This document shows positions 26,401 through 37,300 of a stretch of 64,000 nt of DNA, piece after piece. The first letter of the stretch is position 1. Every line of letters starts with the position of its first letter. The notes below the pieces were generated by a model that did not search any database, was not told the DNA's origin, and was given only the letters and a program-made list of their open reading frames with translations. A program made the translations under genes and the position numbers. The DNA is from Tubiluchus corallicola (taxonomy: Eukaryota; Animalia; Priapulida). Where the stretch lies: assembly GCA_030141605.1 (NCBI GenBank), contig JAQGDQ010000498.1, positions 62,001 to 126,000 on the forward strand, written 5' to 3'.

Positions 26401-26427
26401 AAACAAAACTACACGTGACACCGCCAT
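8402..26427 (-). CDS. PIGK: GPI-anchor transamidase catalytic subunit (peptidase C13, PIG-K/GPI8), 10 exons, 369 aa
   Basis: Exons 26341-26427 (signal peptide [25 protein letters not shown]), 24982-25127 ([23 protein letters not shown]), 24085-24143 ([10 protein letters not shown]), 22711-22787 ([15 protein letters not shown]), 19117-19228 ([13 protein letters not shown]), 18393-18489 ([12 protein letters not shown], catalytic His), 16763-16880 (DTCQAAS, catalytic Cys), 14939-15049, 12322-12497 (TDFFGSVR) and 8402-8528. All junctions GT-AG and in frame, 1110 nt in total. The last exon is the least certain. Confidence 0.97.
9899..11080 (-). pseudogene. Decayed ankyrin-repeat protein gene nested in the last PIGK intron
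   Basis: Ankyrin-like motifs ([65 protein letters not shown]) are spread over ORFs 9899-10444 and 10471-10716 with frameshifts and stops. Confidence 0.7.
11166..11501. mobile_element. hAT-type MITE
   Basis: TIRs CAGGGCCGTCTTAAC / GTTAAGACGACCCTG; degenerate 8-bp flanks TGCGCAGT / TGTACAAT. Confidence 0.7.
12572..13070. repeat. 83-bp tandem repeat (~6 units) containing a Tc1/mariner-like terminus
   Basis: Each unit contains TACAGGGTGTCTCTAAAGTCACTACACATT plus AT-rich flank. Confidence 0.92.
13238..13980. repeat. 52-bp tandem repeat (~14 units)
   Basis: Unit AACAATGCAGAAATTCAGAGCACCACATACGCCGCACCATTCACTCGCTGTT. Confidence 0.96.
15243..15910 (+). mobile_element. Non-autonomous DNA transposon (possibly Kolobok-like, TTAA-flanked), copy 1
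   Basis: Bounded by TTAAAG.. and ..CTTTTAA; the internal segment (TTTAGTACAACAC..TCTCTT..CAATTTTCGCTTT..TAATTAAGATTTTA) is shared with 29188-29742. Confidence 0.6.
16085..16265 (-). mobile_element. 3' end fragment of an RTE-clade LINE
   Basis: [23 protein letters not shown] is the typical C-terminal zinc-finger-like tail of RTE/BovB-type ORF2, followed by a short 3' UTR. Confidence 0.7.
19255..21190. repeat. Composite minisatellite (15/24-bp TGTGTGACA subunits plus a longer AAAGAAACAAATCAATTCTG module) abutting the PIGK exon 5 acceptor
   Basis: Mosaic of CACTTTGTGTGACAT, CACCATGTCTTAAATCACTTTGTG and TATAAA(T/C)(G/T)GGTGGCAAAAGAAAGAAACAAATCAATTCTGTAAACGACAAT modules. Confidence 0.96.
21430..21586. 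repeat. Foldback palindrome / MITE with ~65-bp arms
   Basis: ATGTTGTTTATGAGCGCAGACGATCA..GACAGCAAATGTCATTTTCAATGCTATAAA pairs with TTTACAGCAATGAAAATGACATTTGCTGTC..TGATCATCTGTGCTAATAAACAACAT. Confidence 0.8.
22833..22910 (+). mobile_element. Degenerate tRNA-derived SINE head
   Basis: A-box-like TGGTTGAATGG and B-box-like GAGTTCGAAAC at tRNA spacing; no intact cloverleaf. Confidence 0.45.
23610..24005. mobile_element. Tigger/pogo-like MITE remnant
   Basis: AACTTCGCATAACTCAAAT ... TTCGAGTTATGCGGAGTTTACTG|TA inverted termini. Confidence 0.6.
24206..24885. mobile_element. Tc1/pogo (Tigger-like) MITE
   Basis: TA|CAGTAAGTCCTTGATTAAC ... GTTAAGCAAGGACTTACAG|TA; 17/19 TIR match and TA TSD. Confidence 0.8.
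26025..26078 (-). mobile_element. 5S rRNA-derived (SINE3-like) fragment
   Basis: The reverse strand GTTAAGCAA..TTAGTTAATGGATGGGTGACC resembles the 5S internal control region (GCTAAGCAG..GTTAGTACTTGGATGGGAGACC); degenerate. Confidence 0.45.
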
Positions 26428-26560
26428 GCTACTAAGCAACTACAGTAAAGCAAGCACTCTGCTGAAACAAGCAATCGACAAAAGCGCCACGCCGTGGCCA
26501 AAAAATGACGAAAAGACGATTCCGTGGCCAAAAATGATTCAAAGACGATTATAATTTTAC
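26428..26560. promoter_or_regulatory. PIGK 5' UTR/proximal promoter, possibly bidirectional
   Basis: Immediately upstream of the PIGK ATG; CpG-richer, with a direct repeat CCGTGGCCAAAAA(A)TGA..AAAGACGATT x2; the Schlafen-domain gene is transcribed divergently. Confidence 0.4.
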
Positions 26561-26699
26561 ACACAGCCTATTATGATTTTTCCGGTTTATGTAGTATTTA
26601 ACGTGTATTGCTTTGCTAATGTACATTGTATGTATTGTGCAAATAAAACTGAATTGAAATAGAATTGATACCGGTGGCTGGCAGATTCTTTTACCAAAT

Positions 26700-27400
26700 A
26701 GAAATAGGCTTTTATGACAGTTTACAGGATTTGTTTGCAAATTCGGACGATTTGGAAAAAAACATTGTTATGAGGCTGCGATAAGACGTGAAGTTTGTTT
26801 TTTTGCGTTTTTAGGCAAGAGAGGCCAAGACAAGTTTGTTGAAATATTTGAACTGATTTTTATGGACAGTGAGAGATTGGTTAAGTGAGTAATTTTCAGT
26901 AGCCTGTAGGATTGGACCCAAGTGGGTCTGCAGCATGCGTAAATTTAATTTATCAGCGTATGGGAACATTCTAACATTTGGGTGATAACATTTGGAATGG
27001 ATGAATCGGAAAGAATAACTGATATAAGGCTTTCCAAAAAAGGCTGGGATAATTTGACTAAATACGGGATGAGAAAAAAGTTTACAATTATGGCAGAATA
27101 GGTTGTCAGAATGCTCTACTGTTATTAGGTATAAAGGGAGCAAACCGAAGCTTTGTGAATCACATATGAATGACATATATGATTCAAAACTGTGGAAGCT
27201 AGGATTGTTGCACTGGAAATTAACGGAAATCCCTTGTAAGGAGAATAATAGCAAGTGTGAATGTGGTTCAGAGTTCGAAAGTTTAGAACGCATTCTTTTG
27301 AAATGCTCGCACTATAAAAATGAAAAGGGTTTCCTGGAATGGAGTTTCTGATGATGATTGAATAAATTAGATTTTACTTCAGAATATTCACATGGGTAAA
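26700..27400 (+). mobile_element. Degraded non-LTR retrotransposon ORF2 3' fragment
   Basis: Frameshifted peptides ending in the CCHC-like knuckle CECGSEFESLERILLKC typical of LINE ORF2 C-termini. Confidence 0.55.
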
Positions 27401-28358
27401 AACTTACTCAGTGATCTAATAAAAAACCGTTGCACAGTTTGTGTGCATCAAGAATGTTTTTTCTTTTTTTCGTCAAAACATAGTAGCAGTTCTTGACTGC
27501 TCAGTGCCCACCTTATTACAAAAACGTTTGAGTCACGGAACTGAACTGAACAAGTTGAACAGTGGAACAAACTTGAATAAAATTGAATGCAAACTTTCCA
27601 CGTACCGAACGGCAAGGGCAACAAGTAGTCTATGTAAACTTCACTTCAGATGACTGACTGATGTACATGTATGTAAATGTAGGAGTATGATAGAGAAGAT
27701 ATTATAGAATCATAAAGTTAGGTCTAAATTTACAGAAATGTTAAGTTAACAACAAAAACTATATATATATATATAGTTCCATAGTTGCCTTGTGTTGTAA
27801 AGTCTCAGTGACTATTTTTGGATTTCTTGTTATATAGAGCTGGTCTAATTTCTATTGTGTTTATGATTTGTTCGTTCTCCATTACGAAAATGAAGTTGTC
27901 CGTATGCACAGAAAAAGGTTTGGCTATGAAAGAGTGGATCCGTGCATGAATGTGGCTTACCGTACCCCAGTAGCTGAAATGTGCCAGTAGTGTGTTTTTA
28001 TTGGTGAATATAAACTGTTACAGTTTCTTCACTGCCACTGAATGTTAACAATCGGGAACCCGACAGGTATAAGGAAAAGGGTATCCGAGTCTGATTTTTG
28101 CTACCAGTGTAAATGCAACTAGTTTATTACACTTTACTTTTACATATTACATTGAATTAATACTTTTTGTATTTTATTTAGTTACACACTTGCCGATTTG
28201 TTGAACTCAAGGAGCTCTTGTTTGTAAATTGTCCTATAGGAGCAAGTGTACTTTTGCATTTTCTTTCATCCTCTATGCTAATTTAATTCTGATTAAAGTT
28301 CAACATTTTACATGCTCTTGTAGGGTTTGTAAGTCTGAGTAAATACAAAGTGAATGTA

Positions 28359-31300
28359 ATGGAAGTTGAACAGGTGTCTGTAAATCAGAAAGTGAACAGT
28401 TGTACTTCTGAGGATTACGCGCGTCAAAATTTAGCGAGTTTGCTGGAAGTTTTAAAGTCAGCTGATGTAACGGTTGATCAAAGAATCGAGTTATTAAAGC
28501 AGATTTGCGAACTTTGCCAAAAGTATGACACAGTGAGCAGTTATGGACTAAAAAATCTTCGTGTCTTAGAAATTGTATCAGATATTGAAAAGATCTCGCA
28601 ATATTTTACTCGGTCTCAGAGAATTGAACTCTTACAACATGTAACTGCGTTGTTACAGTGTCTTGTGCTCAAGCCGAAGGATATAGTAATGGTGAACGCG
28701 GACATAAATTTCTGGCAATTGGTATTTAAACTGTGTGATATTCGAAGCCTAAATAGTCCAATTGTGACTTCTGATGCAAAGCAACTTGGACAACTTTCTT
28801 TAAACAAGAGTCTTGTTGGCCAAGTTCGCAGAATCTTCGATGTAAACGACGACCAAGATCCTTGCGCTCAATATGAGCTTCTAAGCCTTTACGATACGCA
28901 AGATCCAGAACACGATGTTGACTTGATCGAGAAATTACAACAAAGCAAAAGTGTTTGGAAAACAAGAGTCAGTTCATGTGACGAGTCACAATACTCGTGG
29001 ATGGATGTATATGTTACTGAAGTGATTAGTTCCTGTTATTTTAAAGCTGTATTAGGAAGTACTGGTTCAGCAGTTCTTTGTAAACTGACAGGTAAACTTG
29101 TATTACATGGTCATAAATTTTGGTTACTTGTTTAACTTCTAAAAACTGCAATTTGATGCCAGACAATGGTATATTTTTTAAGATTATTTAAGAAAACTGG
29201 ACATAATCTTAAACTGTTTCTCAAAGCATACTGTAAATTATTAAAAAAGAGTATACTATTTTTTTCAAGAATGACTTGCATGAAAGAATTATTAGCACTG
29301 AATGGTGATTTCGTCTTTACTGTTACATGCATTTCATCATTTGTTAATTAGATGAGCTCTAGCGCCTCCATCTCGGAATCGTTGCACAAAAAACATTTGC
29401 TGTACATCTCAGCTGAGAGGTGTTCGTTTGTGACATAGGGCACACATTCAAAAGCCAATGCGTGAGCACACCCGTACATTTGAAATTTGCTCAGTTTTAC
29501 TACAACACGCTGTATCTCTTACAGTAGCACTGTTCATCAATTTTCGCTTTCGCAAACACGCGCAACACGCACATGGAATGTTTGACTTGCTGAAAATTTG
29601 TTCATATTTAATGTGCACCTGCCATTAATTAAGATTTTACTCTATTATTTAATTATCAGAAATGCTTTTGTGGTACTATTGGTGTTAAATTGTATGTTTG
29701 AAAATGGTGTAGGATATAAAAAATCTTCCTGTTTTCCTTTAAATGACTGTACTTGACACAAGTGGCTTCAAGTAAATGAACTTGGTCATATTTATCTTCT
29801 AGAGTTCTTTAGCAGTAGCATTCGTACATGTAAAATCAATCCATCGTGATTGTCCGTTGGTTAAAGTAGTATTCGTTTATTCACATTTTGTAGGTGTTTA
29901 TTTACCATTAGATATTTTGTGTCTCAGGAATTGCTGCCTAGCTGTCAGAAGTATTGTACATCACTATGTGATCAATTTGGGTAAGTCTTTTTTTCTTGCA
30001 GCCTCAACTTTTTTTCTCTTGTTAGTTTTTGTCTAACGCTAGCGATTTTCGTGAAAACCATTTGCCAAAATGTTGTTTTCTTCGAAAGCATGTTTGCAGA
30101 GGTGAATAGTTAACACAACAGCTACCTAGCATTTCTGTGTTTATAACAATGGAAGCATTTTATCAGATGTATTTAATCTCTGCTTAGGAACGTGTCAGCA
30201 GTAACTCATCATGTTTTGCCTTTTCAACTACCTACTGTCAGAATGAGAAAGTTAAATTGCCAGTGTTAGTAGCGGGCTCTTTGATGAAGTGCAAACACCA
30301 AATAAGATTTCACTGCTTGCGTGGTAGAGTAAAGAAATCGTCATTGAAATGAAGCGTGCAGAGACGTTTAAATGGGGAAAAGATGTCAAAAGTTCAGCAT
30401 CATAAAGCAAATATCACTAAACGACGTTGTCTTTAAATGAGGATTTACTTTTCTAAACCTTCTGAGATGTTTTGTTCTATGCCTATGTTTGAAAAAATAT
30501 GATATGCTCAACTTGCAACTGATTATATTGTTGACACACCTGTAATGAAAATGTCACTTTTAGTAAGTATACATAGTGAATGGTACATAATCTTTTGCTA
30601 GAATAGTACAGAAACTACTAGTAATTTTATGCAACAATTCATTACATTAAATAATAAACCTTTTCATAGTTTTGTTGTGCGCCCGCACAGTTGCTGTAAG
30701 TCAAAGGTTAAGTGTACCTGCAGTGTCTTAACTACAATCGTCACGTGGGTTGAGGAAAGCTGTCTGCCGCATCAGTTCCGTATCTCCAGTTGTTTTACTT
30801 GAATTTTACTTAGTTATGCATTAGTCTGTGCGTAGAGTGATTTACTAGCAGAATCTTGTTTGGGAACAAGAAAAAATGAACTAGGCAAGGTTCTAGCTAT
30901 GTTAAAACTATTACTATTACAATAGCATGAGCTGCGAAGGTGTTGTCAAGTGTACTCAAATGCATTGCCTGGTACAGTTAACCTTTGAACTTTTCACAGT
31001 CATCATCGATCGCTGGAACTGTGAAAAGGCTTATTCGTTGCATCGAATAATTGTGAACATATTGTGCACTCAATGTTTAGTAGAAAAGTCTCGCACATTT
31101 TGAGGGGATTTAATCGGGGCAGTGACGTGAACAGTTGGGATGAATTTAATCTATTGAACTGATTGGCTTGCATATTGAGTGGACCTCGATTCTGCCAAAT
31201 GCATTGGAGCTATCATGAAAAGTGGATGCTAGGATAATAGAAACTTGTCATTGATCAGTATTCAGCAGACAAGCTTATGAGACGTCTGCAAGAAATGTTG

Positions 31301-34300
31301 GAGAATCTGGAGCTGTCCCTCAAAATTGTAAGTTATGTAAGATATGAGGCTTCCACACTACATTTTGACGGCACAATAGATTCTTTATTGTTTGAGCAGT
31401 ACTTTGACGTAATAAACATTTCTGTACTTTTGTTCATTGTTCTTGTACAACGTAGCAAAAGGTTACGTATCATCCTATATTTGTCAGTATCGTACATTCA
31501 ATATCGTACAACAACTAATATTGCAGGTCATCCGATAAATTCATTGAAAGATGAACGTAATGTAGAAAAGCTTTACACGCTTACTTGCTGTCCGGATTTA
31601 CAAGTTAAGCGAGAAGTAATGCTCACCTTAGCAAGCTTAGCTTCTGATGTAAATATCAAGACGTATCTCTCTAAACCAGAGTGTTTACACTATTTCTTTG
31701 GTGAGTATGTTAGGAAAACTCTCTTTGTTTTCTTTGTTCTTTCTCTTCTTTCTTTTTCTTTGTCATTTTTATTATTTTTGCAGTTTAGCAGTGACAAAAC
31801 TGTTGTCATTGATGTGATTGTCAATTAGAAATGGTTTCTACTAACAAGTTATTTTGAGCGATGCAGAAAAAATGTGCAGAAGTTTAGACTACAATAACGT
31901 TAGCTGCAAATGCCCTACACAGTTGAAATTTCACAGCATGATACCACAGTGCGTTAACATTTGGCTGTAAAAACTACAAGTTTAGAGTTTTAGTAATTTT
32001 TAAGTTATGACTAAAGAATGTCTGCATGTTTAAAATTTAATGTCTCCGAATTTAATTTAATTTAAAGCAATGTCGCAGAATTTTGACTTTGTGAATTTGG
32101 TTTGTTGTTTTTGTAAAACATATAGGCCCTTCGCACTTTCTCAAAATTACATTGTGTGCTTGCATGATTAGTTACAGATGAGAGACAAACTATTATCAGC
32201 TGTATAATGTCACTTGCTTCATTGCCTTTCTTAAACCGTTAACAGGAAATGCAGTAAAATAATAAAGAAATCAACTAGTTTACATGATATTCTTCAGTGG
32301 TATTCACTATAAAACGTAAAGTATTGATAAAGGTTTATCGTCCTGAAAAAATGGAACTCAATCCTGTGAAAAAGTTAATCCTCTGGAACGTATTTCCGGA
32401 GAAAGCTACACGGAGCATTTTTGGCTTTGATGTAGAGGAACTAAGGTGAAAAATTGAAACGCCGTCGGCTAGAATTGTGGACACATAGAGCACTTGTTAT
32501 ACGTTCTTCATTGTTTGCACTTAAAGCCTGAGAATTTTCAAGTGTTTCCATTATTTTCTTACACTATCGTGATCAGAATGTCAACATTTTTTTTGCACCA
32601 CCAGATATTGTAATGATAACGATATTTGGATTGTTCACAGGCATTTACAAAGAATTTTTCGAAGAAGACGATGATAAGTTAGACGAGTGGTATGACGTTT
32701 TGCACGTGACGACAACAACGTTGATGAATGTTTGTTATTCTTCAAGCATCGCACGTAAATACTGCATTGAACATCATGGTATGACTGGACTTCTGTTAGG
32801 GTCAGCATTTCATTTAGATAAATAAAAGGGTTAAACAGGAAACTTGGGTCTTGTTGAATTTAGTTTTGCAACTTGGGTCTTGTTGAATTTAGTTTTGTAA
32901 CTTGGGTCTTGTTGAATTTAGTTTTGCAACTTGGGTCTTGTTGGAGCTCAGTGTTAAACAATAAAACTATTTGTTGTAATTCAACTTAATGCAGATTTTT
33001 GTATTTTTTACATTTTTCAAATAAAGCTACATTTGTAGTTAAAAACAACACAACTTTATTAAAAACTTTTACATTAAAACTTTAAAAGTTAAAATTATGC
33101 CAAACTTTTCGACTAGCTGCTGCTGTCATCATCAATGGTAAATTTAAAAAAACACGCAGTTTATGTATGCAGAGCCTATTATGCACTAATTAAGTAGTTA
33201 ACAGAAGGCAAACAGGTAATGAATAAACAGACCAGTAGAGAAATTGATACAGTAACTTAAGCACTAATTATGTATTTACAAAAGCCAAGTAGGTAAACAG
33301 ACCTGAAGAAAAGAAATTGATGCAGTAACAAATAGCTAAGTGTTTGAAAATAAGGTGGAAGGAATTGAACTACTTTGTACATTAAGAGAAGGCTTATTAG
33401 GGTACGTAGATGAACTTTCTTTTATTAATAAGTACCCGTTATGTGTAGCTCTGGTCACAATGTTGAAATTATTGAAATCAGATGTGCGGCTGATTGTTCT
33501 TTGTTCTTTTGTTTTTGTACTAGAAAAAAGCTGCATTGTTCTTTTTTTATTAATTAATTCTGCATTGTTTTAATTACCATTAGCCACCATGTGGCAGTGA
33601 AAGTCTATTAGATGTTTTTTTTATTTTACAGCTTTGTAGGGTGTGTATGTGGGTGAGCGGAGCATACAGCTTATTGCTGTACTTTTGATTGGTTTGCTGA
33701 TGCTTAACTATGTTCGCTGAGCATAAACTGCTGTTGTTAGTTCCTGTTGCTCATGTTTTATTGCTGTTTTGCTTGCGCTTTTATTAGTTTGTGTTTCTTT
33801 ATCAGGTTTGTCTGTTTTCGCGAAGATTAGAGATAAAATTCCATTTAATGAAAAAGTACAAAAAAGTGTGATGACGGCAATAAGGCTGCTGTTTGGAGAA
33901 CAGTTTACCAATCCTCAAACCAAAGAAGTTGTGCAAAGAAGGTATTGCAAAGTTAACCATGTGCTTATAGCAGTTCAGTTCACTGTATTTTGTTAGACAT
34001 TTATACACAACCAAAATGTTATACTGCTAAGTAAACGTGATGCTTTAGTTGTGAACGAGGCTTTGGAATCAGTACATTAAGCTCCCGACTCCTACTCCAA
34101 CCTAGAGTTTTTTGAAGATCCAACTGCAACTCACTCTGGCTCCGACTTCAAAAATTGTAGAAGATCCAACTCTGATAACGACTCCTATAATTTTAGCAGA
34201 TCCAGGTCCAACTCTGATAACGACTCCTAAAATTTTAGAAGATCCAGGCCAACTCTGACAACGACTCCTAACATTTTGGAAGATCTAGGTCCAACTCTGA

Positions 34301-37300
34301 CAACGAGTCCTAAAATTGTAGAAGATCCAAGTCCAACTCTGACAACGAGTCCTAAAATTGTAGAAGATCCAAGTCCAACTCTGACAACGAGTCCTAAAAT
34401 TGTAGAAGATCCAAGTCCAACTCTGACAACGAGTCCTAAAATTTTAGGAGCCATGACTCCAACTCCTGCATTTAGATAATAGATTTTTAAGAACAACAAG
34501 TATCTAACAGCAGGTTGTAATTTTTCAATATAAGAACAGTACTTTACTTTTGTTGGCACCAACGCCGACTCTTCTAACAATTATGTGTACTCCTGAGTTC
34601 CGACTTCAAGTCCAAAACCCTAATTTTTAAAAAGTCCGACTCTTTTAGCAATAAATTTACTATTGACTCTGACTTTGACTCCATAGCCATGGTTGTGAAC
34701 GAATGTTGGGATTTTGTACTTCTGTAGTAAGTGTAATTCACTTATTTTGTAACAAAGGCCTGATAAAGGCATTTATTTTACATTGTTTTACCCGTTGTCT
34801 TTAGGTGTTTAGACTCAAATAGCTCAAATAATTATGCAAGTAATAGCACGACAAGTAACAGAGTCCAGGGAAAACTTGTGCAGTACTCCGTAAGTAAAAT
34901 GTTAAAGTACTTTCAACTGTTAGAGTTCCTGTGGTATATATGTGTGCTTGCACAGCAAAAACGTCTAGAAGTCGAATTTAACATCTAAACTTTTTTAGTT
35001 ATTCACATATCCTAAATCTCCATTTCTTGAGGATCATTTTGATACTAAGCTCATCGTTCTATGTTATTTCTAAGCTGAGATAATCCATGTCGAAGTTGAG
35101 GTGAAGACTGTGCACTGAGAAACATGACCTTGAGAAAATTGCTGTTAGAGTCAGCCATTGTTTTTTGTCACGTTTCTAGAAAACACTTAACAACCGTGCA
35201 AACGTTCATCGCTGTGGACTTTGCAAGGACACATTGAAGTTATGTTTAAATCCAGTAGATGGCTCTTCCTGATGAAGATCTGAACTTAGCAGTGGAAAAG
35301 ACCCAAAGCAAAATGGCTGCTTCCACGAGCTACTATCACAGTTTGAAAATACAAGTTTTTGACATATGCCTTACTAGTTTTTAAGCAGAGAAGTTGGTAA
35401 GGAGTTGTAAAATTAAATTTTTAGTATTTCTTAAACAATTTCCTGGCGTTTTGGTGCAAGAACATAAAAGTTCAATACATTTTGTGCTTGATTTTGTAAA
35501 AAAAACAAAAATTGACATTCGACTCAAGTTTTTATGCACTGTACTTTGAAGCATCATAACACAGTTTTAACTATGCCGACTTGTTGACGGTTTTGGTTTG
35601 CAAGCACACAAACGGTTTCCAGTCATTGTTAGCTTATTGTTAGTGTAGTGTATGATTATAGTGCTGCATGTGCGGGTGCAGTGTTACATTATAGTGCTTC
35701 ATGTGCAGGTGCAGTGTTACATTATAGTGCTGCATGTGCGCTGCAGTGTTACATTATAGTGCTGCATGTGCGGGTGCAGTGTTACATTATAGTGCTGCAT
35801 GTGCGCTGCAGTGTTACATTATAGTGCTGCATGTGCGGGTGCAGTGTTACATTATAGTGCTGCATGTGCAGGTGCAGTGTTACATTATAGTGCTGCATGT
35901 GCGGGTGCATTGTCAAGTGTACACAAATCAAAAAAGTGTACGGCAACACTTTGCTATTCGTATAGTAGCCATTTTAACATTACCTAGAACCTTACCTAGT
36001 TAATTTTTTGTTCTCAAGCAAAATCCTGCTAGTAAATCACTATATGCATATGAAGATTAAGTAAAGTTCACATAAAACAGGTGGCATTACTGAACTCATG
36101 CAGCAGACTGCTTTGCTTTACCCACATGTCATGTGACGGTTGCAGTTAAGATGCGTTGCTGTGATATGCTTAACATTTGACCTACAGCAACTGCACGTGT
36201 GCACATTCAAAGTGTGAAAAGGCTTATTGGACTATCTGACACGGGTCATTGCTCATCAAATTTCTATGTTTTTCTGTAAAAAAACAGTTCAGTGTTTGAG
36301 AAAATGTTTAGTAAAAAGTTCTTTCATATGTAATATTGCCCCACAGAGGGGTGCGTGTTGACAGGAAGCAGAGACTTGAAGGTTTTTAGTATTTTAGGAT
36401 GAAAATTGCTTGTGTTTTAAACTGGTGCACTGAATTTAGTAATTCACTTGGTGACTTATGGAATGTAAAACATCCCAGATAATCATTTAGAAGAACACTT
36501 GTGAACAGTGCTTAAGTTTTGTTGACGTATTTTTCTCTAGCGTGTGAAAAATGATGAACCCGATGATGTCTGTTTAGAAGATGTACATTCCAAGAAAAAC
36601 ACGGGAGTCTCAGGTATTGTTTTCAAACTTTTGTCATAGCAGATTTTGGTCATGCGTTTTGTTTTCAAACTCTTGTCATAGCAGATTTTGGTCATGCGTA
36701 TTGTTTTCAAACTCTTGTCATAGCAGATTTGGGTCATGCGTATTGTTTTCAAACTCTTGTCATAACAGATTTTGGTCATGCGTATTGTTTTCAAACTCTT
36801 GTCATGGCAGATTTTGGTCATGCGTATTGTTTTCAAACTCTTGTCATAACAGATTTTGGTCATGCGTATTGTTTTCAAACTCTTGGCATAGCATTTACAG
36901 CAGATTTTGGTCATGAGTTATGTAAGTGTAAAAATTTAGCTTAGCAATTGAGCTGTGATAACTCGGTACTTATGAATTACTTCTGGCAATGGAGTCAGGG
37001 GTGCAGCCAGGTTCTATAGTCACAGGCAGCAAACACATAAACAAGGCACCGTGACAGGGGCATAGCCAGGTTCTAAAGTTAGGGGGAGCAGGCACATAAA
37101 CAAGGCACCGTGACAGGGGCGTAGCCAGGTTCTAAACTTAGGGGGAGCAAGCACATAAACAAGGCACCGTGACAGGGGGGTAGCCAGGGTCCAAAGTTAG
37201 GGGGAGCAAGCACATAAACAAGGCACCGTGACAGGGGCGTAGCCAGGTTCTAAAGTTAGGGGGAGCAAACACATAAACAAGGCACTGTGACAGGGGCGTA

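Noticed and set aside
32779-32825. Alternative donor GG|GTCAGC extending exon 32641
   Set aside because: Only the CATG|GTATGA donor at 32778 is phase-compatible with the next exon at 33806.
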